From assembly GCA_964016885.1 (NCBI GenBank), contig OZ024740.1, forward strand, positions 316,262,001-316,326,000: a stretch of DNA of 64,000 nucleotides, written 5' to 3'. The notes below the pieces were generated by a model, which worked only from the letters and a program-made list of their open reading frames with translations, was not told the origin of the DNA and ran no database searches. Below are positions 13,308-24,462 of the stretch, one piece after another. Origin of the DNA: Eledone cirrhosa (lineage: Eukaryota). The stretch's first letter is position 1. Each line of letters begins with the position of its first letter. The position numbers were made by a program, and so were the translations under genes.

Positions 13308-13557
13308 GTTCCTCTCCAAATTTGTCTGAGCTCAACATCTCACTCCAAATCTGTCTGAGCTCAACATCCCTCTCCAAGTCTGACTTACAGAGCTCAACAT
13401 TCCTCTCCAAGTCTGCCTGAACTCAACATTCCTCTCCAAATCTGCCTGAGCTCAACATTCCTCTCCAAATCTGCCTGAGCTTAATATTCCTCTCCAAATC
13501 TGCCTGAGCTCAACATCTCTCTCCAAATCTGCCTCACAGAGATCATTCCTCTCCAAG
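13308..13557. repeat. 29-bp minisatellite, ~8.5 copies
   Basis: Unit TCCTCTCCAAATCTGCCTGAGCTCAACAT. Confidence 0.93.
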
Positions 13558-13761
13558 CTGTATTCAGAGTAAGATTTGAATTTAACACTGTGACTAACAA
13601 AGCACACGTCAATTAATCCTTTTGATACCCAACTACTTGAAACCACCTCTGGTTCTATGATACGAAGCTGTTTACTTCAAAATATATTTATTATCCAAAA
13701 AATAAACACTTCCCATTTCGGCTGCTTGAATCCCAAAATTTTTCAAATTTACCATCCATTA

Positions 13762-13940
13762 TTAAGCAGAGTGGCTGTTGAGCGGGTGTCACTGGCCATT
13801 GTCTGTGGAAATGCTTTTTGCCGTCTTGTCCGTGAGGCACAGCTCCAACACCACCACCCCCTAGGTCCAGAGCCCATCACCCTCACCCTCCCCATTCTTC
13901 TGTGGCCCTAGAGCCCTTGCCTTTCCCTTCCTTTCAGTTT
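13762..13940 (+). mobile_element. CRE-clade LINE 3' fragment
   Basis: ERVSLAIVCGNAF; DNA similar to 3100-3170 and 49110-49170. Confidence 0.6.
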
Positions 13941-14630
13941 TTAAATATTTGTAATGTTTTTCTAATTATTTTATAGTCATTCCTTTATGTATTTACTCAT
14001 TTATTATTTCATTAAAGAAATGTTCCCGTTTAGTTAATTTAATTATTATAAATTTAAATGCATCACCAGTTTTGACAATATATGTGTGTTGTGTATTTTT
14101 GATAAACCCTCTGCTTTTGTTTTGGCTTTCCCTTTACTTTCTGTAAATCTCTAAACTAACAAAATTGGCTTACAATGTTATACTAACTTCAGTGTCTAGT
14201 TGATGTTTTCATTTTATATAAGTTTCTTTAAAGTGAACTTTTCTTGAATATTTCCCCTTCAATATGCACAATAGATGTTGTGTTTTGTATTGCATATATA
14301 GTTTTAAATGTCTTTACATCCAAAGTTTAATTGGTTCTTCAAATTGATGTTTTACAGCTTATTGACTTTTCAAATAGCAATCAATTGGTTGATCATACTT
14401 CTTTGTCTAGGTACAGTTATATAATTTTGCTTCTTTTTCAGCCTCTATGTAGTAAATTAAACTGCTAGATATAGCAGTCAAATCTCTCTCAAATCACGCT
14501 CTACTGTTATATATAAGAACAGAATATATTAAATAATATATTCATATTATAGTTAGAATGAATTTGATCATATGTCTGCTCAATCAGGGTTGACCTGGGG
14601 CTAAACAACAACTTATTTATTGGTATTTAA

Positions 14631-14816
14631 CCCTTTAGCATTTAAACTGGCTGTAACCGGCCAGAATTCTCTCACCTCTTTCTATTCAAACCAGCCATAA
14701 CCAGCCACTCATACTGACGCTAAGGTATTGTTCTCAAAATAAATATCAAAATCTCATAGATTCAATATTATGTGAAAATACAATAGTAAATGTAGAGTAA
14801 TGCAAATGCTAAAGGG
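14631..14816. mobile_element. piggyBac-like MITE
   Basis: TTAA|CCCTTTAGCATTT ... AAATGCTAAAGGG|TTAA; copies at 23871 and 39849. Confidence 0.85.
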
Positions 14817-16074
14817 TTAAATGATGCCTGTTTATTGATAATTAAGTATTTTTGCTAGACATAATACAAGTTAAACTGAATTATAACCTCTTCAAAAACT
14901 CTCTATCTTCACTTCTTCCCATCACCTATACATATCTTTCTTATTTGTCCTTGCACTAAACACTTTATTCAATTTTTCAATCTTTTCTCCTCCTTCTAAG
15001 AACTAAATCTTTCTAGAACTACTCACTTATATCTCATCAAACAGGATCTTATACATACAACCATTTTCAAGCAGTGGACCATATGAGATATGTATCATCA
15101 TACGAAAGACTGTACTACTGAAAGACATTCAAATTCATTTTTTGTTAGGTATGCCATGCAGAAAGCCAAATAAGCTGCAATTTACCCTTGACTGATTTAT
15201 TTACTATTATGACCCAGTCCACACTGTAAATGTGGTTGGCATTAGGAAGAGTATCCAGCCATAGAAACCAAGCTAGAATCAGTTCTGTGTAAGCAAAACA
15301 CAGTCACCTGGTCTGACTTGTCTCAATGGGGACAACTCCTCTAACCCATGCTAGTGTAGAAAAATGGACATTAAACAGTGATGATGATGATATGACTATA
15401 TACATCTTGTGCAAACCATCTCTCTATTCACTTCCAGATATCTCTATAATACCAGGGACCCTGCTTTTATTTCATTGATTAACTCTTCACACCCTACAAT
15501 GATTTAGTAGAAATATCTAAAAAATAAGTTTGTCTATTTGAATGTTTGCAGTATCTATAGTAGTGAACAGATCTTTTTTTTTTAAACTTCACTATTAGAA
15601 CAAAGATGTCAATTTTTAATGTGAAGTAGTCATAGTGCTGCTTAATACTTTTCAAGACTGTTTTGCTAATACAGTTTTATGTGGTACAGGACATTAAGAG
15701 TTAACAGGAGAAGCATATGGATTAACAATATATCTAAGTGACATTGGTATTACTCTACTGTAATAGTAATGTAGAGGTAAACTAGTAAATTAGTTAAAAA
15801 ATCAAGTAAAAATATCTTGCTAACATAATACAAGATCTTAATGGTTAACAAATATATATATAACTTATTCTAACTTTGCATGTAAATTCTTAATGTTTGT
15901 TGTTGTTGCTGATGTTGATGTTCCACATATAGGTGAACTTTGGAATGTTGTTATATTGGTATATAGTAGTGTAATGTAGTATTTTTTATTGATCTAGAGA
16001 GCCAGTGCTTTGATTTGAGGGTGTCATATAGTTGTGTTGTATTTCAAATATTTTTCAATATTATCGTGTTCTAG

Positions 16075-16880
16075 CTCTCACAGAACATTTCCAGATAAGG
16101 CCCAAGTCTCACTGCCATGTAGTCTTGCTGTATACCTGTAAACATCATACAGTGTACCCTTCACACTAAGAGAGCTCTTTGTTGTCAGCTGAAGTACTAG
16201 TTCCCTAAACCTCTTCCAGCCTGTTCTAACTCTAGCTACACTTTCTGATCATTCACCTCCCCACTGAAAATCGGGTCACCTAGGTAACAAAAGTTATTGA
16301 GGTCATCTATTTTACAAGTGTCCTTGATACTTATTTCACCTGAATATCTACTGCACACAAAGTCTACCTTTTCTTTTAACCTGCCTGTAATCCCACTATA
16401 TCTCTTGTGTATCCATATATGGCACTGTGTGCATCTTATGGAACTTCTACCTACTTCTTGTGGAACTTCTGCCTACTTCTTTTTCAACATATCCAGCAAG
16501 GCTATTTCTCAGACATTATCAAAGTTTGTCTTCCCTACTTATTAAGACCTTAGTCTTTGCTCAGTTCACTTTCTATTCTAAGTTTTGCATTTGGAATTCT
16601 TCCTCTAACTTTTCCATGGATTCAGCTATAAGGACTAGGTCATCAGTGTATTGAATTTCCCATAGAAATTCAGTCTTAAACTCCTATGTTATGATCTAAA
16701 GAACAATGATAAACAGAAGGGGACTGATGACTGAGCCATGGACTCCCAGTTGCACTCCAAATTCATCACTGTACTCATTGCTAAATCTCACTTTGCTGGT
16801 TGCACCGCTATACATGGCTTGTATGGCCCTCATTAGCCATTTGTCTATGTTTAACTTCTTAAATGCCCACCAGATTAAGA
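16075..16880 (-). mobile_element. Old degenerate RTE LINE RT fragment
   Basis: Decayed YxDDLVLIAES, AKTKVL, WIHKR, GSETWA motifs with stops. Confidence 0.75.
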
Positions 16881-17433
16881 AGTTCAGGAAACTGGTCAGT
16901 CACTTTATCTTCTAATCAGATGGATACACATGCCAGATAGACTTTATTCTCACTAGGAATAGGGATAGACAGATGGTTGTAAATGTTAGGTCTTTCTCTG
17001 GTGAAAAATATACCACCCATATAGACTGGTGATTAGTGACTTCAGAGTGAGAACTAAATAGACCCACAGGTACAAAACAATCTGGAAAATGAAGACATGG
17101 AAGCTGAAAGAACTATCAATCAGTCATAGTTTCAGTTGATGCATGTGACAGGTAACAGAAGGATGGAGGAGATAGAGGCTTATAACATTAAGGAAAACTA
17201 GAAGTTTCCACAAGTTAACCTATTGAAGGTTACAGAGCTGATCTGTGACTGCTGTAAGGTTCCAGCCAGATGGAAAATAATGTAGTGGGGGGGAATTGTG
17301 CTATAGATAGAGCCATAAAAGGTAAGAGAAGCCAGATATCAGGTATATTTAGCAAAGAAAGAAACAGAAAGTAAAAGTTTTCCCACATTCTGTACCACTG
17401 TTAGAAATTGTTATTATTATTATGTTATCAATA

Positions 17434-18078
17434 ACGGGGAATTGGCAGTATCAGTGGAAGGTCAGACGTCATGCTTTCCAGCATAGTTACGTCCCTTTAC
17501 GGTCTGAGTTCAAATCCCGCCGAGGTTAACTTTGACTTTCATCCTTACGGGGTAGATAAAATAAAGTAACAGTAATGTACTGGGTAATTGCTGGCCTTGT
17601 GCCAAAAGTAGAAACAATTATTATGTTATCAATATGAAAAGGCAGTGCATTGGCAGTATTGGTTGGGTGTCGGACAACATGCTTTGCAGCATATAGTTAT
17701 GTCCCTTTATATTCTGAGTTCAAATCCTGCCGAGGTTAGCTTTACTTTTCATCCTTATGGGGTCGATGAAATAAAGTACCAGTAATGTACTGGTGTCAAT
17801 TTAATTGACTTTCCTCCTTCCACAAAATCAAAAACTATTATTTTTGTAGACCAAGGGCAGTGGGTTAGCAAAATCTGTAGAGCGTCAGACATGCTTTGTG
17901 GCATAGATAGTTACATTCCTTTGTATTCTGATTTCAAATCTCACCAAAGTTAGCCTTGCCTTTCATCCTTGCGGGGTCGATAAAATAAAGTACCAGTAAT
18001 GCACTGGAGTCGATTTAATCAACTTCCCCCTTCTCCTCAAATTGTTGACCTTGTGTCTAAATCAGAAACCATTATTAT
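17434..18078 (+). mobile_element. Three head-to-tail SINE S1 copies
   Basis: Heads near 17434, 17638, 17853, each with a B-box-like motif and body. Confidence 0.85.
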
Positions 18079-18580
18079 ATTACCAATAGATGTTACTTTA
18101 TACCATGCCTTTATATTATATTCTTGTATTATTTACATCCAATATTCATCCAAAAGAAATTACCTCTAACTCAATATTGTTTCTGTTTTTCAGAAATCAA
18201 ATTTCCTGTACAGATGTCAAAATTTTCATAAAATTTGTTTTCTCTGCATTTTTTTTTTTTTTTTTTTTAAATCATAAAATATCATTATTTCTTTTGTTTT
18301 ATTATCAAAAAAATCTCATCTTTTGTTTCATTATTGATAAATCTTTTCTTCTCTTTCTATTTTTTTTTTTAATCAAAAATGCCATCTCTTTTTCTGAAAT
18401 ATGATCTAACACTTCCATTTATTTCGATTTTAATGAAAATGTCATGTTTAAATATCTTTAATCTTATATTGTCTTTCCTGTTATGTCATTAAAAATTACC
18501 TTTAATTTTATTTCCCATGATATTCTCTCTTAAACGAAATTATTCCACACATTAGACAGACCGTTTTTTAAAAGAAATTA

Positions 18581-18744
18581 CCATATATACTTAAATATAA
18601 GCCAAGGTATATGTGACCAAAAAATCAATGTTAAAATAAATATAAAGTGTTGATTAGCTGCCTTGGCTTATAAATGGGGTTTGTACTTTTGCCCAGTTCT
18701 CAGACATAAAATATTGGGGTTGGCTTATATTTGAGTATATATGG
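18581..18744. mobile_element. pogo/Tigger-like MITE
   Basis: TA|CCATATATACTTAAATATAAGCC ... GGCTTATATTTGAGTATATATGG|TA. Confidence 0.8.
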
Positions 18745-18949
18745 TATATGCTTTATTGACAATTGACTGTGTTTTGTTGTATGATTTTTATACATGCTTG
18801 CCTTGGGAAATAGCATTCTTGTGTGTATTATAAATAAAGATAGAGGAAAAGTTTGAATAAGTTATATAAATTGTTGGATAATGTGATGTGACGTGACTGA
18901 GGTCTAAATAAATGTCTCTTGTGTAAATGTCTATTTATTTACTATGTAG

Positions 18950-19192
18950 CTTCCTGTCATGTGATCACCTATCATAAAATTGTGTCACGTGACCACATGT
19001 CATAAAACTGTCATGATTACTTGTTATGTAAATGTCTGTCATGTGATAGCTTATGTAAATGTCATAAAACTGTTATCATGTGGCCATCCATCCTATAACT
19101 TTGTCATGTGACTTATATGATAATTTGTTATGTGACTGTAGAATTACTGTCATGTGATCGTTTGTAATGAAACTCTCTATCATGTGACTATC
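18950..19192. repeat. Degenerate tandem repeat built on (G/A)TCA(T/C)GTGA
   Basis: About 8 TCATGTG-like motifs; perfect GTCACGTGAC at 18984-18993. Confidence 0.7.
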
Positions 19193-19523
19193 AATGAGTT
19201 ATTCCTCCAGATAAGGAAACCTTATCTAGTCTTTTACCTGTTCCAGCCATCTGGCTGAGGCCATGCTGGGACACTGAATATTTCTTACTGTTAGATTACT
19301 TGTCCATGTTGTAGATTGACTGAATATTTAAAGAGTCAAAAAAAAAACATCCTGCTGTATTTGTTCCAACTCTTTATATTCTGAGTTCAAATCCTGCTGA
19401 GGTCAGCACAAGTCCAGCAATTTTAAAGAGGGGAAAGTTAATTAAATCCACTGAATGGGAAGGCAATTGTTACAAATGTATTTCTCTTAGCTTGCAGTGA
19501 TATAATATTGTACAATCAAAGTA

Positions 19524-19740
19524 GGGTGCTGGATTGGCAGAATTGGGAGAGCATCAGATAAAATTCCATTGTGATATTTGTTCTGGTTCTTTACATTCTC
19601 AGTTCAAATCTCGCCAAGGTCAACTTTGCCTGGGTCTAGAAGATAAAGTAGGAGTCAAGTACTAGGGTTGATTTAATCAACTTTGCTCTTCCTCCAAATT
19701 TGCTGACCTGATTTTGTCTAAATTAGAAATCAATATTATA
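19524..19740 (+). mobile_element. SINE S1, long-tail variant
   Basis: TGGCAGAATTGG A-box, B-box, tail AATTAGAAATCAATATTAT. Confidence 0.8.
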
Positions 19741-19987
19741 CCATCAAAAAATCATTTGTTCATGGCAGTAGTCAACTTTGCGGTCTGGTAATCCGAAAAC
19801 TCAGTACATATTGTTTCATTAAATAGTCTATCTAGCTTTCTCTAAGATCATCATTATCCTTGTAAGGTGAATAAAATAAATACCAGTTATATATTAGTAT
19901 CAATCATAAAATTGGACTAGTGCCATAGAAAAATATTCTTCTTCTTGTATATATCATCATTTATTTTGTCAATTTTCTTTCTTGCAG

Positions 19988-21250
19988 GACTTCGATGACT
20001 ACATTCTCCTCAGCATAATAAGCCAGCTTTGGCCAAAGCACAAATGTCCACTGCCTGAACAACTATTCCAGCCTCAGCAGCTTCTCTTTATTATTTACCA
20101 ATTCTACTACATTTTACTGATTTTTTTTCTTACTTAAGCCAAGAGCAAGATTTTCATATTCTAATTGTGATTGCCATTAGTTTAAACTTTAATTGGAATT
20201 CACTTTACGTTGTTGAAAAGCTTGTAAATTTGGTTAACTCTTCCCTCCTTTTTATTATGTTCTGTTCCATTTGTTTGTTAAAGCTAATCTGAGCTTTCAC
20301 TTAACTCAGAAAAAAAAAATGAAAGAAAGAAATGTGAGAATTATTGGTTACCACAAAACTGTCCTGGTCTTTCATTACAATATTGTTGCTTTTGAAAAAT
20401 GTATGTAACTCTGGTTATTGAAACATTGGATTCTATCGGAAAAGAAAACACTGGGATCTAGTTGACAAAATATTTTGAATTCTATTTAATTAAGTATATG
20501 TTAAATTCTAAATTATTGTTAACAAACTATATTGGATTGTAATTAAGAAGATATATGGAATGTTATACTGTTAAAAGCTGATATACAGCCATCAGAACAT
20601 ATCAGGCTTAAACTACTGATGTTATATCTAGTTAATAAATAATATTGGTACTTTGTTGTAAAATAACCCCCAAAAAACTCATGTTTGCTTATTGTTAAAA
20701 CACACGGTTTCCTTGTGATCAAACTAGACTGGTTCTTACAGATTAAAGAATACCAGCTGCTAGTGTTTAGAATACATTTGATCCTAGTTGTCAAACTATA
20801 TTAGTTTTTAGATGTCAAACATCACTTATTCTTAATGGTCAGAACACACCAGAACCTTAATGTCCAAAATACAGCAGATACTGGTGATCAAAATACTCTT
20901 GCTTTTTCTCGCCAAATTTTTAGTGGTTAACCATTCCGGTTATCCATGTCTAAATGTATCTGGTTAAAAACTTAACCAGTTTCCAGACATCAAATTTTTC
21001 CAGCCCCTTAATATGTTAAGACTTGTCTCATTTGTATTGTTTTTGCATTTGATATTTTGCTTAAGCTGTTACTGTGTTGTATATATACACACACACACAC
21101 ACAATATATGTGTATATATATATATATGTGTGCATATATATAGCCATGTATGTATATATAATTTTCTCAGATATTTCCCTATCATTCCACCATTTTGGGG
21201 GACTGGTAAACTCCTCTGATTATTCAAAATAAAATCTAATATCTTCATAT
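19988..21250 (+). other. Candidate terminal (3'UTR) exon of the rabphilin-like gene
   Basis: Strong acceptor ttttctttcttgcAG at 19987, then ~1.2 kb with no recognisable TE, AATAAA at 21228; partner donor AA|GTGAGT at 10207. Confidence 0.5.
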
Positions 21251-22003
21251 CAGTTTTCCTTGTCTTTACTATTTTATTTTCATTTTAACCCTTTGATATA
21301 ACATTTCTAATGAAATACACTCAATTCTACATATCTGATACCTTGATACTCAAAATAAATTCAAGTACCTCGGAGCTGTATTTATGAGCAATGGAAGGAG
21401 GCTGAATTCAGTGAAATTTTACAACTTTTGTAAATGTTGCCAGAAGCATTTAGGCTAACAGGGCTGATCACTCACTGATGATGAAAATTGGAGTAATAAA
21501 CATAATCATTTGAAAACAAAAGGATCACAATGAAGACGAAAGTAGCATATTACATTATATAGTCCATGATGAATCAGAAAGAAGTAATATTTCTGCTACT
21601 TCTCAATATATTAAAAATTGCAAACCAACCCCACAGGAAACCCAGAGCAAGATGGTTGGATAACATCCATGAGCTTGGCTGTGGATCCAGCAGGATCAGT
21701 TGCTTCTGGAAGGAGTGTTTGAGGACTCTGCCCACTTATTCCTGAAAGGGTCAGGGGGGGGGGGGCAAAGAAGAAGCAACTAAGTCTACCACGAATCATT
21801 ACTAATGGGTTTTTTTAATGTAATACATTGGGTAATGTAATTTTATATGGAGCCATAACTCTGGAGTTGTAGGGGTACCAGTGACATATGGCAGGTCTTG
21901 GTGAAACACATCCTCTCTCCAGATATATTTTTAACACACCTGATTTCTTCTAGGAAGTGATGTAGAGCAGGAATTGATCCCAGTACTTTCTAACAGAAAA
22001 TAT

Positions 22004-22190
22004 TGATTTCCAATTTAGTCACAAGAGCAAAGTTGATTAAATCAACGCCAGTACATGACTGGTACTATACTTTATCGACCCCAGGGTGAAAGACAAAGTT
22101 AGCAGGATTTGAACTCGGAATGTAAAGAGCCATAAGTACCACAATGGCATTTTATTTGATGCCCTACCAATTCTGCCAAGCTATCACTTA
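22004..22190 (-). mobile_element. SINE S1
   Basis: Reverse-complement B-box GGATTTGAACTC, body and tail. Confidence 0.7.
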
Positions 22191-23870
22191 TTAAAAATAA
22201 TCAACCACCTCCCACCCTAACTTACACTCACCAGCTGTTGGCCCACCTCCTTTACACCTTTCATTATTCAATTACCTCTTAGTCTACTTTCTTTCCTTAC
22301 CCTTTAACTTCTGCTGGCCATTAGTTGACCACTCGAATGAAGGACCTGTGTCCAAAACATCAAGCTTATTCACACCTAGAAAAATCTCATTTGAATTTTC
22401 TTACCATTCTGGATTTTACACTAAATGAACCAAGAGTAAAATTTAGAGTCCACTGAAAATGTGTGTCAATACTAAACAAGAATTAGGTTATTCAGGTCTC
22501 AGCATAATTCTAGATTGCAGAAAACATTGATAAGAACAACAGGGAAAAAAAAAAAAAAAAAAAAAAAATTTCTTTTTTCAGTCTTTCTCTCTGTAAATAT
22601 GTTTATTATTTAATCTCTACTTTATTGACTCCTACAATCTTTCTAACCTTTCTTTTATCTTTGACTGTTCTGATGAGAAACAGTCACATTTAGCAAGGGG
22701 TTATACCAGATAACATATAAATAACATTCTAAGAACAGTTCTTAAATGTAAGTGTTAGTTTTTGAACTTGTGTCCTTTGGGTGATTTGTTTCAGTGGCCT
22801 AACCTAATTTTCTCAACAATTATTTATAGTGATTAACTTATTAGTCATTATTTACATTTGGGATGCTTATATTTTCAAATCCTCTCAGCACTACAAAAAT
22901 CATAAAATATGTGTTTATGATGGAAGGGTTTAATTTAAGTATGAACATTTTAAAATGAGATCTGTATCTTAGAACCAGAAATGATCTCAGGCAGGTTGGT
23001 ATTGAGTGTTAAACAAATCCACATATAATGGTTCATACTGGAGGTTAGACAGTTCATAATATCACCACAAGAGTAGTCTGTAGCAAAGGTACTTAACATG
23101 CAAATGGCTTAACCAACCCAGTTCTAAGTAGGTACTGTAAATTATAAAAGAAAAACTTGTTGCCATAACAACTGCAACACACTGATCATAGTTTGTCTTC
23201 TATCACTGTTTTCAGATTGAGCCAGAGACATCTGGAGAGAGAAAGTAGAGCTGGCTCAGGCAATCTGCCCGATTCAATATCAGCTCAATCAGGGCTGACC
23301 TCAGGCTAAACATGAATCTATCTACATGAAATTAAAATGTTTTGGAGGAATTGTTTAGTGATCTAAGCCTGCTGTCCTTCAACATATTTTACTAAACTCA
23401 TTGCTGTTGTAGATATAACTATATTGAATCTAACCAGATTAATATATGTATTGTATAGTCACAATACCAGATTTGACCAGGTATATTTTAATGATTTTTA
23501 ACACAAAGCTACATATTTTGGAGGAATGTAACCCGTGTGTCATCTACTATTGTGGGAACCAACTCATGGGAGACACAGAAAAACCTGCTCAAACCTTCAT
23601 CGGTACAAACTTCAGTTAGGGAGCAGTTGCCAGGACCAATGGAAAATTGTGGAGGAATGTTTGACCGTGGTCACAACAATGATGATCAGCATCATTGTTT
23701 TTGTCTGCTTTCCATGTTGGCATAGGTTGAACAGGTTGTCACATTGAGGCTAGACTAGTCAGATGACATCTTGCTCATATATTCCACATTTGATATGGTT
23801 TCAATTAATGGATGTCCTTCCTAACACCAACACCTTTACAGCATTTTATGGTGCCACCACTATCACTTAA

Positions 23871-24035
23871 CCCTTTAGCATTCACATTACTCTATATACT
23901 ATTATATTTTCATGGTAAAGGCCTCACATAATATCGAATCTATGAGATTTTGAAAACAATACCTTAACATCAGTTTGAGTGACCAGTTTCAACAGAAAAA
24001 GGTAGAGACTTCTGGCCGGTTTGAACATTAAAAAG
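23871..24035. mobile_element. piggyBac-like MITE (degenerate right end), nested in a short RTE-tailed element
   Basis: TTAA|CCCTTTAGCATT; body matches 39849-40066. Confidence 0.7.
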
Positions 24036-24462
24036 TTAACAGGATGGACTGGATGTATTTTATGGCACTAGCACAAGAGAGTTTGTCACATGAGTATATT
24101 TTTTTTTATTGTGGAAGGACATGTGACAGTAGGATTTGAACTCGAAATGTGACATCATCACTGTTTTACGTCCATTTTTACACACTAATATAGGTTAGAC
24201 TAAATCCTGGAAGGATTCTGTCTAACACTCTACTAATTCAGTTAATTCACGAGGTTAGACAGGTCATAATATCACCACCAGAGTGTAGTCTGGAACAAAG
24301 GTACTTAACATGCTAATGGCTTAAATCAACCTAGTTCTAAGTAGGTACTGTAAAGTCTAAAAGAAAAGCTTGTTGCCATAAATAACAGCAACACTATATT
24401 TGATAAACAGTCCATTGACTTGCAATACTGAGTTAAATTCTGTTTATGGAAAAGCTGTAGTG

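Noticed and set aside
17434-17525. tRNA genes at A/B-box pairs
   Set aside because: No cloverleaf; each continues into the SINE body.
22663-22685. GACTGTTCTGATGAGAAACAGTC as a hammerhead
   Set aside because: CTGATGA abuts GAAA with no stem II; it is only a 7-bp hairpin.
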